Shown: piece by piece, positions 30,771-42,063 of the stretch
Position numbering within the stretch: position 1 is the stretch's first letter
Layout: every line of letters starts with the position of its first letter
Assembly: GCA_965199755.1 (NCBI GenBank)
Contig: CBDASZ010000001.1
Coordinates: 32,001 to 96,000, forward strand
DNA: 64,000 nt
Origin: an uncultured candidatus Porisulfidus sp.
GTDB lineage: Bacteria > Pseudomonadota > Gammaproteobacteria > Poriferisulfidales > Poriferisulfidaceae
Direction of reading: 5' to 3'
Made by a program: the position numbers and the translations under genes
The notes under the pieces: generated by a model
Told to the model about the DNA's origin: nothing
Database searches by the model: none
The model's input: only the letters and a program-made list of their open reading frames with translations

Positions 30771-31190
30771 ATGGCCGGCGTGCATTTCTATATTCTGAAA
30801 GGCGGCAACCGAGAACGCGCCGCCTGCCAACTGGCTGAACGCGCAGTCGCGCAAGGGCATCAGGTGCATATCCGCACGGCTGACGCGCAGGCCACTGAAG
30901 CACTGGACGCCTTGCTGTGGGTGTTTCGGGATCAGGCTTTTCTGCCGCACAGCGTCGGTGCCTCAGACACACCGCACACGCCAGTTAGCATCCATGAGCA
31001 ATGGCTGCCTGATGATCGCGACCTGCTGATTAATCTGGCGGTAGATGTGCTGGAGGACTTCTCCTCCTTTGCCAAAGTTGCGGAAGTGGTGGGACCGGAT
31101 GATCAATCAAAATCGCAAGGCCGTAAACGCTTCCGGGCCTATAAAGAGCATGGCGTCGAGCCTCAACACGAGGTCCTCAAGACCTCCTGA
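30771..31190 (+). CDS. holC: DNA polymerase III chi subunit
   Basis: FYIL, LD.LLW....FLPH, R.RFRAY; pepA-holC-valS synteny. Confidence 0.93.
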   Translation: MAGVHFYILKGGNRERAACQLAERAVAQGHQVHIRTADAQATEALDALLWVFRDQAFLPHSVGASDTPHTPVSIHEQWLPDDRDLLINLAVDVLEDFSSFAKVAEVVGPDDQSKSQGRKRFRAYKEHGVEPQHEVLKTS

Positions 31191-31219
31191 AGCCGCCGCA
31201 AGCGCCACAGGACAGGCGC

Positions 31220-33976
31220 ATGGACAAAAGTTACGAACCTGAACGCATTGAAGCCTTCTGGCGGCAACGCTGGGAGGAATCCGGCGCATTCGCGCCGCGC
31301 GAGGACGGCGAGTCTTTTTGCATCATGCTGCCACCACCGAACGTCACCGGCACGCTGCACATGGGGCATGCGTTTCAGGACACCTTAATGGACGTCCTTA
31401 CGCGCTGGCGGCGCATGCAAGGGCGCGCGGCCTTGTGGCAACCCGGCACCGACCACGCCGGCATCGCCACACAGATGGTGGTGGAGCGCCGTCTGGAACG
31501 TGAGGGACGCTCGCGCAAGGAACTCGGACGAGACGCCTTCATTGACGAAGTCTGGCGCTGGAAACAGGAATCCGGCGGACGCATAACCGCGCAGTTGCGC
31601 CGCCTTGGTGCCTCGGTGGACTGGACGCGCGAGCGCTTCACCATGGACGAGGACCTGTCTGAGGCGGTGCGCGAAGTGTTCGTGCGCCTGTATGAGGAGG
31701 ACTTGATTTATCGCGGCAAGCGACTGGTCAACTGGGATCCGGTGCTGCACACGGCACTATCGGATCTGGAAGTGATCTCCACCGAAGAGGACGGCCACTT
31801 GTGGCATCTGCGCTATCCGGTCAATGGCAGCGACGCGCATCTGGTGGTCGCCACCACCCGCCCTGAAACCATGCTGGGAGACACTGCGGTCGCCGTGCAC
31901 CCTGAGGATGCGCGCTATCAGCAATGGGTCGGGCAGACCGTACGTCTACCACTCGCCGAGCGCGACATTCCGATCGTGGCGGATGATTATGTGAACCCGG
32001 AGTTTGGCTCCGGCTGCGTCAAGATCACGCCAGCGCATGACTTCAACGACTATCAGGTCGGCCAACGTCACCAGTTGGAGTTGCTGAATATCTTCACTGA
32101 TGACGCACATCTGAATGACACGGTGCCGTCAGCGTATCGCGGCCTGAGTCGGGAGGAAGCGCGCACGTGCGTGCTGGAAGATCTCGACGCGCAAGGCGCG
32201 CTTGTGAAAACCGAAGCGCATCGGCTGATGATCCCGCGCGGCGATCGCAGCGGTGCCATCGTGGAGCCTTATCTGACCAATCAATGGTACGTCCGGGCGC
32301 AGCCTCTGGCGGAACCGGCCATGGCGGCGGTGCGGGATGGCCGCATTCGTTTCGTGCCGGAAAACTGGAGCCGAACCTATTTCGACTGGATGAAAAACAT
32401 CGAAGACTGGTGCATCAGCCGGCAGTTGTGGTGGGGACACCGCATTCCGGCCTGGTACGACGCCGACGGCACGCCCTACGTCGGGCGCACGGTCGAGGAG
32501 GTACGCGAGCGCCACGAATTATCCGAAGAGATCGAACTGAGGCAGGATGAGGACGTGCTGGATACCTGGTTTTCTTCCGCGCTGTGGCCGTTCTCGACAC
32601 TGGGCTGGCCGCAAGACACGGAAGCGTTGCGGCGGTTTTATCCGACCAGTACTTTGGTGACCGGCTTTGACATTATTTTCTTCTGGGTCGCGCGCATGAT
32701 CATGATGGGCATGCACTTCGTCGGGGAGGTGCCGTTTCGCGAAGTCTATGTACACGGACTGGTGCGCGACGCGCACGGACAGAAGATGTCCAAATCCAAA
32801 GGCAACACCATTGATCCGATTGATGCCATTGACGGCATTGAGCAAGATGCCCTGATCGCCAAGCGAATCGGCGATCTGATCGACCCACGCCAAAGCAAGG
32901 CGGTGACGCGCAGTACGCGCCAGGAATTCCCGGACGGCTTCCCGGCCGCCGGCACCGATGCCCTGCGTTTCTGTTTCGCCACTCAGGCGACGTTCGGGCG
33001 TGATGTGCGCTTTGAACTCCCGCGCGTGCTCGGCTATCGCAACTTCTGCAACAAGTTATGGAACGCGGCACGCTTCGCCCTGCTGCAGACAGATATGCCG
33101 AACTCCGATGAGCTGGCGGAGCCGAGCCTGATTGATCGCTGGATCCGACACCGGATGCAGAGCGTGACGAATGAGACAACCGAGCATCTGGAAGCCTACC
33201 GCTTTGATCTGGCCGCGCAGACCCTGTACGACTTCGTCTGGCACGACTTCTGCGACTGGTACCTGGAGTTGAGCAAGGCACAATTGCAACCGGACGTCGC
33301 GCCTGGTATTCGTCAGCGCAGCCGCGCGACCGTCATGGAGACGCTGGAGAGCATTCTGCGTCTGCTGCACCCGTTTATTCCATTTATCACCGAGGAGTTG
33401 TATCAGCAGTTGCCAACAACGGACGGGAGTAAGGATACGTTTCTGATGCTGCAGGACTGGCCGCAGGCCGCCGCGGCTGAGGAAAACGCCGACGTGCTTG
33501 ACACCATCGCCTGGATGCAGGAATTTATCAGCGGCATTCGCCGCACGCGTGCGGAAATGAATGTGGCACCTGGACGCCCGGTGCCGGTGCTGCTGGAGGA
33601 CTGGAATGCCACAGATCAGCAGCGCTTCGAACAAACCGAGGTCTGGATCCAAAGTCTGGCGAAACCTGAATCAATCCACTGGGTGGCGGCGGGTGAACCC
33701 ATCCCGGACGCGGCCACGGCGCTGGTCGGCTCCATGCGCCTGTTGATTCCGATGGCGGATCTGATTGACCCCGATGCGGAGCGGCAGCGGCTGCAGAAAG
33801 AACTGAAGAAACTCGACGGCGTCCTGCAGACCGCGCGTGCGAAACTCGACAATCAGCAGTTTCTGGATCGCGCACCTGAAGCGGTGGTCGCCAAAGAAAA
33901 GCGCCGGCTGGAAGATACCGAAGCGGCACGCGCACAACTGGCGCAGCAGCTAGAGAAAATCGCCACGCTCGACTAG
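31220..33976 (+). CDS. valS: Valyl-tRNA synthetase
   Basis: [30 protein letters not shown]-terminal coiled coil. Confidence 0.99.
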   Translation: MDKSYEPERIEAFWRQRWEESGAFAPREDGESFCIMLPPPNVTGTLHMGHAFQDTLMDVLTRWRRMQGRAALWQPGTDHAGIATQMVVERRLEREGRSRKELGRDAFIDEVWRWKQESGGRITAQLRRLGASVDWTRERFTMDEDLSEAVREVFVRLYEEDLIYRGKRLVNWDPVLHTALSDLEVISTEEDGHLWHLRYPVNGSDAHLVVATTRPETMLGDTAVAVHPEDARYQQWVGQTVRLPLAERDIPIVADDYVNPEFGSGCVKITPAHDFNDYQVGQRHQLELLNIFTDDAHLNDTVPSAYRGLSREEARTCVLEDLDAQGALVKTEAHRLMIPRGDRSGAIVEPYLTNQWYVRAQPLAEPAMAAVRDGRIRFVPENWSRTYFDWMKNIEDWCISRQLWWGHRIPAWYDADGTPYVGRTVEEVRERHELSEEIELRQDEDVLDTWFSSALWPFSTLGWPQDTEALRRFYPTSTLVTGFDIIFFWVARMIMMGMHFVGEVPFREVYVHGLVRDAHGQKMSKSKGNTIDPIDAIDGIEQDALIAKRIGDLIDPRQSKAVTRSTRQEFPDGFPAAGTDALRFCFATQATFGRDVRFELPRVLGYRNFCNKLWNAARFALLQTDMPNSDELAEPSLIDRWIRHRMQSVTNETTEHLEAYRFDLAAQTLYDFVWHDFCDWYLELSKAQLQPDVAPGIRQRSRATVMETLESILRLLHPFIPFITEELYQQLPTTDGSKDTFLMLQDWPQAAAAEENADVLDTIAWMQEFISGIRRTRAEMNVAPGRPVPVLLEDWNATDQQRFEQTEVWIQSLAKPESIHWVAAGEPIPDAATALVGSMRLLIPMADLIDPDAERQRLQKELKKLDGVLQTARAKLDNQQFLDRAPEAVVAKEKRRLEDTEAARAQLAQQLEKIATLD

Positions 33977-33990
33977 GCGCGCGGGCGAGA

Positions 33991-35904
33991 TCAGATCAGG
34001 GTCAGACCCAGTACGCCTTCCATCTTCTCCGCAGTCTCGGACTTGCCGGTGCGGCTGTCGCCGACCAGAGCAATGGTGACATCCACTTCCGTCGGAGCTT
34101 CGTTCTCAAAGCGCGCGCGCTTCTCCAGCGCGATTTCCTTGACCAGTTCAATCAGACCCTCGGCCAGACGCTCCGGGGCGATCTGCTCGATTTCTTCTCG
34201 ATTAGCAAACCCGCAGCGCGTGACATCATCGTCGCTGGTCCCTTCATAGACCCCTGACATCAACTGGCTGTAGGCCACTCCGATGCGCATCTCTCTGCGC
34301 TCAATCAGTGCGTCGATGTCTTTGATGAAAGTCGCTTCAGTCTCGCTGAACAATTCGTACAGGTCTTCGTGCAGCACTTCGCCAGCATTGTCGACCAGCG
34401 TCGGGAACGGATTGGCCCAGTAACTGGACTCTTTCTTGCCGCGGTGCGTCTGGGTGCTGCCAGCCGCCACGCGCTCACCCTTGCGGAAGTGATCAAGCGC
34501 TTCCTGCGCGGTCATGTCGGTATCGATGGTCACGGCCCCTTCTTCCTTGATGTCGTAGTTATTCACATACAGCAAAACGTCCAGAATGCTGCCGGTCGCG
34601 ACCTCGGATTCCTCAGCCACCGGTACCACCTGACGGGCATTTGAGCCCATGTGGTTGTTGTAGCCGATCTCTCGCCCTTGCATGGCCAGTTTGGCTTGCT
34701 CGCTAAAGCCGTCCAGACAGGCGAATGCGCCGATTTCAGTGCCATAGAAGATGGGGCGGCGCAGCGTGGTGCCGTCAATGCGCTCCAGTGCCGCACGGCC
34801 CATGTCGTCAGCCTTCACCAGCATTTCCGTGATGTACGGCTCGTCGCCCTCAAAGTTGACGATGTAGCGGGTGCAACCGCAATGCAGCGGCAGATCGCCG
34901 CAGCGAATGGCCAGAACATTGTGCAAGGTCAAAATGGGTTTCTTGCAGTAGCCGAAATACTTGTACTCATCGTGATTCGGCACCATGCCAATCAGCAACT
35001 GGTTCTCTCGATCCCAGTAGTAGCCCAGATCTTCTCCGAACGTCGCGTTCGGGTCGCCGAAGAAATACAGACCGTCCGGGCGCAGCGCCGGAAACGCCTG
35101 CTCGACGTCGGCGAACGGAAACAGGTTCAGCAAGCCCGGCTCCATTTCAATGCAGCCACGCGACTTGTGGATGAATGCGATGATCAGCCAGCGGCCCACC
35201 TGTAGCGGCACCGACACCCAGTCCTCCGGGTTGAAGTGCTCCATGTGCAGCGGGTTGTGCGGCAGTTCGTAGAACGGATAGGCGCGGCGGTTGGCCGGTG
35301 TGCGGTAATCCACTCCGGTGCGAATATCCGCCGCCATCGTCAGCGGCACATGACACAGCAGACCGTAATCCGGCGGCATGTTGCAGTAGTGCCCGGAAAT
35401 CTCGCCGGCAGTCACGTTTGGCGAGGCGTCCATGCCGGGTGTGCGGCGTACGCCGTAACCTAAGCCGACCTGCGACAGCAGGCGGCGGCGCGTCTCCAGT
35501 ATCAGATCGGTCAACTCCGCGGCCTTCTCGGTGACCTTATCCTTGATGCTCTCCTGGTTTTCGGTGCCGGAACTGACCACTTCGTTCTGCAGGCGCACCA
35601 GACGCGAGTAACTCTTGTTGCGGAAATGGTGGAAGCCGCCGTCGACGAACTTAACTACGGAGCGGGCGCGTTCCAACTCCTCCGGCGCAAAATGATTGTT
35701 GTCAAGAATGGACGCAATGTCACGCAAAGTGATGTTGCGAATCATTTCCGCCTTGTGCTGGGCTTCCGACTGATTTTTCTCGCGGTGCAGCAAATCGGCG
35801 ACAAATTCTTCTTTGTAAATTTTCAGGTAGCGCGCAAAAGCAAGACTGCGAAGCAATTGCTCCGGCGTATTGCACCCATCACGAATCTCAAGAATACCTT
35901 CCAT
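33991..35904 (-). CDS. PEP-carboxykinase-like protein (~600-aa family) with C-terminally relocated P-loop
   Basis: YFGYCKKPILTLHN, LPLHCG, ADDMG, YGTEIGAF, NAR.VVP, LYVNNY, SYWANPF motifs; GDSRTGKSE within the last 25 residues. Confidence 0.8.
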   Translation of the reverse strand: MEGILEIRDGCNTPEQLLRSLAFARYLKIYKEEFVADLLHREKNQSEAQHKAEMIRNITLRDIASILDNNHFAPEELERARSVVKFVDGGFHHFRNKSYSRLVRLQNEVVSSGTENQESIKDKVTEKAAELTDLILETRRRLLSQVGLGYGVRRTPGMDASPNVTAGEISGHYCNMPPDYGLLCHVPLTMAADIRTGVDYRTPANRRAYPFYELPHNPLHMEHFNPEDWVSVPLQVGRWLIIAFIHKSRGCIEMEPGLLNLFPFADVEQAFPALRPDGLYFFGDPNATFGEDLGYYWDRENQLLIGMVPNHDEYKYFGYCKKPILTLHNVLAIRCGDLPLHCGCTRYIVNFEGDEPYITEMLVKADDMGRAALERIDGTTLRRPIFYGTEIGAFACLDGFSEQAKLAMQGREIGYNNHMGSNARQVVPVAEESEVATGSILDVLLYVNNYDIKEEGAVTIDTDMTAQEALDHFRKGERVAAGSTQTHRGKKESSYWANPFPTLVDNAGEVLHEDLYELFSETEATFIKDIDALIERREMRIGVAYSQLMSGVYEGTSDDDVTRCGFANREEIEQIAPERLAEGLIELVKEIALEKRARFENEAPTEVDVTIALVGDSRTGKSETAEKMEGVLGLTLI

Positions 35905-36035
35905 TTAATAGCTCTCTACTGTCTCAGCAGTATCAAATACGGAAGCGCAATTTTACTCTATGGCATATATGCGGGTTATGACACCCGGAAAGCGAAGTAT
36001 TTTTGGGTGCGTGGCATCCGCGCCGCGCCGCTCAC

Positions 36036-37493
36036 TCAGGCGTGATGCGCTCCGGGGTCGTGCTCATACACCGGATGCGCTGTTTCTTCCTCGCTGAGAG
36101 TCATGCCCAGCATGCGCCCGACGAAATAGACCAGCAACCCGGTCGCAAATCCGCCCAGACCTTCGTAGAATCTGCCCAGCTGGGGCACCGTGAGCCACAG
36201 CAACACAAACACCGCGCCCGACAGCGCCATGGCGATCACCAGCGCCTGATTCGGTCGCCCGCCTAAAGAATAAACCAGCAGCAAGGGCGTAAATACCGAG
36301 CCCATCACAGACCACGCCATAATCACCAGAGAAAATACGCTTTTGCTCCCGGACAACGCGATACCGAGCGCGATGAGCGTGATGATGACGGTGCCGGTTC
36401 GCACCACAATCAGCGGCAGACGATCGCTCGGAACCAGATCATCAGTCAGGTTGGCCGCGCTGCTGAGGATCAGTGAGTCGGCGGTCGAAATCGTGGCCGC
36501 AAAAATACCCGCCAGCACTATCCCGACCAGAACCGGTGGAAGCAGGTCAACCGAAATGGTCGCCAGGGCCAGTTCGGCGTCAAACAGGACATCCGGCGGC
36601 AGCAGCACGCGCGTCATCAGACCCACGGCCATGGCCACACAATTGAAAGTGAGCGACCAGCCATAGTAATAGGCGCGCGCTTTATTGATGTTCTTCACGT
36701 CATCCAGAGCCATGAAGCGCACCATGATGTGCGGCTGGCCGGGCGTACAGAACCCGCCTATGAACCAGCCGCCTGCGAACAGCACCGGTCCCCAGGCACC
36801 AAACGGAAGATCCGGCTGGAACCAGTCCATGTGCGTTGGAGAGACCGCTTCAAGGCGCTCCCATGCCGCTGCCACACCACCGAGCGCATCGAAAGCCATG
36901 TACACCAGCAACAACATCGACAGCATCATGATGATGGACTGCAGCGCATCCGTCCAGATGGACGCGCGCAAACCGCCGCCCCAGCAATAACTGATGATGA
37001 TGGCCGCACCAATGACGGCACCAACATACGTCTCCCAGCCAAACAACACATGCAGCGCCTTGCTGCCAGCCACAAACTGCGCAGCCGCGTAGGTGCACAG
37101 GAAAATCAGTGAGATAAATCCGGCGATATGCCGGTAGAGCCGAAAATCCGTGTTGTTCCAGTGACTGAGCACGCCGACGAAGGTCTCGGCGCGTCCGGGC
37201 GAAGTCGCACTGCGCAGACGCCGGTGAATAATGGTGGATGCCATGTAATCGCCAAACGTCCAGCCGATGACCAGCCAGAAGGTCGGCAAGCCGACCAGAT
37301 AGGAAAATCCGATCAGCCCGGTGAACATGAAGCCGCTGTTGCAGGTCGCGCCTGCTGACAAGCCAGCCAGCCACGGTGCGGTATCCTGATTCGACAGCAG
37401 ATAGTCTCGATGCGTGTGGCGGGAATGCAACCGAGCGGTGAACCCGACTAGCAAGAACAGCCCAAGAAAGAACAGGAACGAAGCGACAATCAT
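36036..37493 (-). CDS. Sodium:solute (proline-type) symporter, SSS family
   Basis: LSAGATCNSGFMFTG, GGLRASIWTD.LQ, GQPHIMVRFMA, FAATISTADS. Confidence 0.9.
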   Translation of the reverse strand: MIVASFLFFLGLFLLVGFTARLHSRHTHRDYLLSNQDTAPWLAGLSAGATCNSGFMFTGLIGFSYLVGLPTFWLVIGWTFGDYMASTIIHRRLRSATSPGRAETFVGVLSHWNNTDFRLYRHIAGFISLIFLCTYAAAQFVAGSKALHVLFGWETYVGAVIGAAIIISYCWGGGLRASIWTDALQSIIMMLSMLLLVYMAFDALGGVAAAWERLEAVSPTHMDWFQPDLPFGAWGPVLFAGGWFIGGFCTPGQPHIMVRFMALDDVKNINKARAYYYGWSLTFNCVAMAVGLMTRVLLPPDVLFDAELALATISVDLLPPVLVGIVLAGIFAATISTADSLILSSAANLTDDLVPSDRLPLIVVRTGTVIITLIALGIALSGSKSVFSLVIMAWSVMGSVFTPLLLVYSLGGRPNQALVIAMALSGAVFVLLWLTVPQLGRFYEGLGGFATGLLVYFVGRMLGMTLSEEETAHPVYEHDPGAHHA

Positions 37494-37796
37494 TTCAGGC
37501 GGGACAGCGCACGAGCACAGTCACTGCTTTCATTTTATATTACTGGCGCGCATGTGCAGCAGATACAGTGTCGCCACGGTGGAGAGCAGGAAGAAGATGC
37601 CCGGCCATTTCGCTGCGCGCCGCCGGCTGAAATGAAGAAAGGCCTATTTATGAAGATATCCAAAAGCGAGTTGAAAAAGCATTGACGCACCGGTCAAAAA
37701 CGTGTTGTGTGACAGATTTGAGATGAGTCCTATACTGCTATAACCGTGTAAATGACAATAAAAAATAACTAAATCTATCTAAAATTCACTAATTTT

Positions 37797-39131
37797 CTAC
37801 TTTCCGATACAAAATCTTGAGAAAATCTCGCCCAAAAGATTCTCATTGCTAAACTCCCCGGTGACGCGCGAGAGCGCCTGCTGCGCGAGGCGCAATTCTT
37901 CCGCGATCAACTCACCTCCCTGCGCCTGTCTCGCGCGCTGCAAAGCCTCGCGCATTTCGCTGAAGGCCGCGTACTGGCGCTGGCTTACCATAAACTCATC
38001 TTCTTCCAGCCCTTCTTCGAGCAGCAGCGCCGCGCCGATGCGTTGCGTGAGTTCCGGGATGCCCTCACCAGTCTTCGCGGACACGCGGCACACCTCCTGC
38101 GGACCGGAAATGGAAGCGTCATCTTCTAACAAGTCGCATTTGTTCGCGAGCACCAGCGCCGGACAATCTGCCGGCAACTGCTGTGTAATGGCTTCGTCTG
38201 CTTGACCCCAGCCCACTGCGGCATCGAAGACCTGCAGGATCAGATCCGCTTCAGACGCCATCTGCCAGCTGCGGCGGACACCTTCGGCTTCCGCCTCACC
38301 TTCGGTGTCCCGAATCCCCGCGGTGTCCAGCAGACGCACCGCAATGCCATTGAACTGCAACGGCGCGACCAGCACATCGCGAGTGGTCCCCGCTTGCGTC
38401 GTGACAATCGCCGTCTCATCGCCAGTGAAATGATTGAGCAGACTAGACTTGCCAGCGTTCGGCGGCCCCAGCAATACCAAAGACACGCCCGCGCTGACCG
38501 TGCGCCCCTGTTGGGCGCGCTGCAATAGACGCTCGGCGCTGTCACACACCGCATCCAATGGCTCACGCACGCCACCTTCCGCCAGCCAGTCCACATCCTC
38601 GTCCGGGAAGTCCAGCGCTCCTTCAACATAGACGCGAATATCTACAATTTGCTGCAAGATAATGCTTATTTCCTGTGAAATATCGCCTTTTAGCACTCTT
38701 GCCGCGCATTTTGCCGCACGTTCAGAGGTCGCGGCGATCAGATCCGCGATGGCCTGCGCCTGATTCAAGTCACACTTGCCCGCTTCAAAGCCGCGACGGC
38801 TGAACTCGCCTGGTTCCGCCGGCCGCGCGCCGAGGTTCTGTATCTGCCGCAATAGCGACTGCACCACCGCCGGCGCGCCATGACAGGAAATCTCCAGCAC
38901 ATCCTCACCGGTCGCCGAGGCCGGAGCCGGATAGAACGTTAGCACCCCCTGATCAAGCGCATTGCCACTTTCATCGTGCAGCATCCGCAGGCAGGCATAG
39001 CGTGGTGGCGGCATCTCGCCGCAGAAATGCTGTGCCAGATTTGAAGATTCGGGACCGCTGATGCGAATCACCGCCAGCGCACCCCGCCCAGGCGGAGTGG
39101 ACAATGCGACGATCGTGTCGCCGGCCATCAC
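37797..39131 (-). CDS. mnmE: tRNA modification GTPase MnmE
   Basis: GPPNAGKSS, GTTRD, DTAG, NKCD, C-terminal FCIGK. Confidence 0.98.
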   Translation of the reverse strand: MMAGDTIVALSTPPGRGALAVIRISGPESSNLAQHFCGEMPPPRYACLRMLHDESGNALDQGVLTFYPAPASATGEDVLEISCHGAPAVVQSLLRQIQNLGARPAEPGEFSRRGFEAGKCDLNQAQAIADLIAATSERAAKCAARVLKGDISQEISIILQQIVDIRVYVEGALDFPDEDVDWLAEGGVREPLDAVCDSAERLLQRAQQGRTVSAGVSLVLLGPPNAGKSSLLNHFTGDETAIVTTQAGTTRDVLVAPLQFNGIAVRLLDTAGIRDTEGEAEAEGVRRSWQMASEADLILQVFDAAVGWGQADEAITQQLPADCPALVLANKCDLLEDDASISGPQEVCRVSAKTGEGIPELTQRIGAALLLEEGLEEDEFMVSQRQYAAFSEMREALQRARQAQGGELIAEELRLAQQALSRVTGEFSNENLLGEIFSRFCIGK

Positions 39132-39144
39132 GCAACCGCAGCCG

Positions 39145-40854
39145 TCAGGCTTGCATGCTCCGAATGATGTACCACTGCTGGGCGATCGACAGGATGTTAT
39201 TGGCCAGCCAGTACAGCACCAGACCCGCGGGGAAGAACAGGAAGAACACGGTGAAGACGATGGGCATCGCCATCATCAGCTTGGCTTGAAAGGGATCCGG
39301 CGGCGTCGGGTTGAGTTTGGTCTGCACAATCATGCTCGCGCCCATCAACACAGGCAGCACGTAATACGGATCGCGCACCGACAAGTCGGCAATCCAGCCG
39401 ATAAACGGTGCCTGACGCAATTCCACGCTTTCCAGCAGCACCCAGTACAGCGCGATGAACACCGGGATCTGCACCAGAATCGGCCAGCAGCCACCGAGCG
39501 GGTTGACCTTTTCCTCCCGGTACATTTTCATCATCGCCTCGTTCATTTTCTGGCGATCACCGGAATAGCGATCGCGCAGTTGCTGGACGCGCGGCGCGAA
39601 CTTGCGCATCTTCGCCATGGAACGATAGCTTTTCTCTGAAAGCTTGTAAAACACCAGTTTGATGAGCAGGGTCAGAAAGATAATCGACCAGCCCCAGTTG
39701 CCCAGCACCGAATACAGGTGATCCATCACCCAGAACAGCGGCTTGGACAGTACGGTCAGAATGCCGTAATCGACGGTCAGATCCAGTCCGTCGGCTACCT
39801 CCTCGAGCACGTTTTGTTCTTTCGGGCCGATGTACAGGAGCGACTCGAAACGGGCGCTTCCGCCCGGTGTGACGCGCTGCGCCGGTGAGTGCAGGCCAAT
39901 GATGTATTCCGGGTAGCGATCGGTGCGCACCACGCGCGTGTAATAGTGCTCTACAGATTCAGTATCCGGCACCCAGGCGGAGACAAAATAATGCTGCAGC
40001 ATGGCCACCCAGCCACCACTAAGGTCCGCAGACAAGGGCTGCTCGGAGACATCCTCAAAAGATAGTTTGTGGTAGGTGTTGGTGTCGAAGTAGGCCGCGC
40101 CGCGAAACGAGATCGCCTCGGTGTTGCCAAACAACAGTGAGGCCCGGCCCGGTTCTCTGCCGCTGCTGCGGCGCAACTGTCGATACTGGCGGCCGACCCA
40201 TTCCTCGTTGCCGTCGTTGCGAACTTCATGGGCGACTTCCACCAGATGACTGCCTGGAGTGAAGCGAAAATGCTTGAGCACCTGCACGCCATCCTCACTC
40301 TCCCAGCGCAAACTCACTTGTTGCGGCCGGTCAGAATCGCTGAAGTCATACTCCGTGCGATCGCTGCGATATTCGGCATGGTGGCTGGGCGCGCGATGGC
40401 GCTGATCCTGTCCGTCGCTGAGGTCGTGCGTCAATCCACTTTGTGCGACGTAGTTCTCACCGCCCACATACATCAGGCGGGTAGGGTTGTCTGGCTCATC
40501 CAGCGATACCGGATACTTCAGCAGATCAACTTGCACAACGCTGCCGCCGCGGGTGTCGAGATACATGTCCAGCACATCAGTGCGCACCCGAACCTGCGTC
40601 GAACGCGACGCAAAGTCAGGCGTCTGGCCGGGCACATCGGTTGCTCTCGGAGCCGCCTGTCTGGCTTTAGGCATATCGTCGCTCGGCGTTGGTTCCGCGC
40701 GGGCCGAGGACGGAGGGCTGTCAGGTGACGTCGACGTGGCGGCCGGCGGCACTTCGGTGATTTGCGGCGGCATCTGTTCCAGCTCCCAGGTCTGCCACAC
40801 CAGAAACAGCAGGATGCCCAGCGCGCCGTACAAAAACAGGCGGGAATCAACCAT
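39145..40854 (-). CDS. yidC: Membrane protein insertase YidC
   Basis: [37 protein letters not shown]; start ATG 40854. Confidence 0.97.
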   Translation of the reverse strand: MVDSRLFLYGALGILLFLVWQTWELEQMPPQITEVPPAATSTSPDSPPSSARAEPTPSDDMPKARQAAPRATDVPGQTPDFASRSTQVRVRTDVLDMYLDTRGGSVVQVDLLKYPVSLDEPDNPTRLMYVGGENYVAQSGLTHDLSDGQDQRHRAPSHHAEYRSDRTEYDFSDSDRPQQVSLRWESEDGVQVLKHFRFTPGSHLVEVAHEVRNDGNEEWVGRQYRQLRRSSGREPGRASLLFGNTEAISFRGAAYFDTNTYHKLSFEDVSEQPLSADLSGGWVAMLQHYFVSAWVPDTESVEHYYTRVVRTDRYPEYIIGLHSPAQRVTPGGSARFESLLYIGPKEQNVLEEVADGLDLTVDYGILTVLSKPLFWVMDHLYSVLGNWGWSIIFLTLLIKLVFYKLSEKSYRSMAKMRKFAPRVQQLRDRYSGDRQKMNEAMMKMYREEKVNPLGGCWPILVQIPVFIALYWVLLESVELRQAPFIGWIADLSVRDPYYVLPVLMGASMIVQTKLNPTPPDPFQAKLMMAMPIVFTVFFLFFPAGLVLYWLANNILSIAQQWYIIRSMQA

Positions 40855-41095
40855 GCGACTGCTCCCGCTCCGGCACCGGGTCATATCCACCTTCACGCCA
40901 CGGATGACAGCGCGACAAGCGGCGCAAGCTCAGCACTATGCCGCGCCAAGGCCCATGCTCGCGCAAGGCCTCAATAGCATATTGAGAGCAGGTCGGCGTG
41001 AACCGGCAGTGCTGGCCCAGAAAAGGGCTGAGCGTGTACTGGTACACGCGAATCAGGGCAATCAGGATTCTGCTCACGGGCCTATCTTGCGCCAC
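40847..41095 (-). CDS. yidD: Membrane protein insertion efficiency factor
   Basis: [22 protein letters not shown]. Confidence 0.96.
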   Translation of the reverse strand: MAQDRPVSRILIALIRVYQYTLSPFLGQHCRFTPTCSQYAIEALREHGPWRGIVLSLRRLSRCHPWREGGYDPVPEREQSHG

Positions 41096-41454
41096 AAGTG
41101 CTCAAGATCGGCACGCACGGCCCGACGATCCAGCGGCTGGCGGACGCCATGACGGCAACCGACGATCAGATCTACGCCGACGGGCGGGTCCAGGCGAAAG
41201 CACTCGCGCACCAGTCGCTTGAACAGATTGCGCGCCACACTTCGAGACAGCGCGCGCTTCGAGACCGCAAGTCCCAGACGCGCATGCGGCAAGCCATTGG
41301 CCACCCAGAGACAGTAAGCAAAACGCCCTTGGGCGCGTTTGACATCACGGTGGCGGTGAACATGCTGGAACTGGCGCGGCTGAGTCAGCCGGAGATGGCG
41401 CGTAAAGCAGTGTCGCCCAGAGCGCTCCTGAGGCTCAGGGACAGAGTCGCGCAC
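41074..41454 (-). CDS. rnpA: Ribonuclease P protein component
   Basis: [24 protein letters not shown]; start uncertain (GTG 41454 used). Confidence 0.92.
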   Translation of the reverse strand: MRDSVPEPQERSGRHCFTRHLRLTQPRQFQHVHRHRDVKRAQGRFAYCLWVANGLPHARLGLAVSKRALSRSVARNLFKRLVRECFRLDPPVGVDLIVGCRHGVRQPLDRRAVRADLEHLWRKIGP

Positions 41455-41569
41455 GGCCGCGGCGGCGCCGGGCATTGAGCACAGCGCGTCCGGCCCGTGT
41501 CCGCATACGGGCACGAAATCCGTGCGTGCGCTTGCGGCGCAAATTGTTGGGCTGAAAGGTTCTTTTCAT
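41435..41569 (-). CDS. rpmH: 50S ribosomal protein L34 (not in ORF track)
   Basis: Manual translation [44 protein letters not shown]. Confidence 0.98.
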   Translation of the reverse strand: MKRTFQPNNLRRKRTHGFRARMRTRAGRAVLNARRRRGRARLCP

Positions 41570-41690
41570 GGCTGGGAGGCAAGCGGGTGCGCCAGTTTAG
41601 AGAAAAGCCCGCCTATTGTCAAATTAAGGGGCTGTCAGTTCCCCATTATTCCCTACAATAATCACCTCAACTGCACCCCGCAACCCTGCC

Positions 41691-42059
41691 ATGAGCGAGA
41701 CCTTCTACAGCCCAGATCACCTGTGGCTGCGCCTTGAAGACGACGGCGCTATCGTCGGCATAACCGACTACGCCCAGGAACAACTTGGCGACATCATGTT
41801 TGTCGAGATGCCGCAACCCGGCGCAGTGATCACTGACGAACAGTCATTCGGGGTGATTGAATCCGTGAAGACCGCGTCTGATTTGATTGCGCCAGCCAGC
41901 GGTGCCGTGGTGGAAGTCAATGAAGCGCTGCGGGAGACCCCATGGCTGGTCAACGAGTCGCCGATGGGGGAGGGCTGGATTCTGAAGATTCGCGGCGAGA
42001 ACCTGAACGACTCACCCAGACTGATGGACGCGGAAACGTATCAGCGACTGATCGGATAG
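41691..42059 (+). CDS. gcvH: Glycine cleavage system H protein
   Basis: VGITDYAQEQLGD, IESVKT lipoyl-Lys, N.SP..EGW. Confidence 0.95.
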   Translation: MSETFYSPDHLWLRLEDDGAIVGITDYAQEQLGDIMFVEMPQPGAVITDEQSFGVIESVKTASDLIAPASGAVVEVNEALRETPWLVNESPMGEGWILKIRGENLNDSPRLMDAETYQRLIG

Positions 42060-42063
42060 CCGC

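Noticed and set aside
37640-37796. AT-rich tract after mnmE as a possible oriC
   Set aside because: No DnaA-box cluster; the only near-match noticed is one TTATCCACC far away at 42428-42436.
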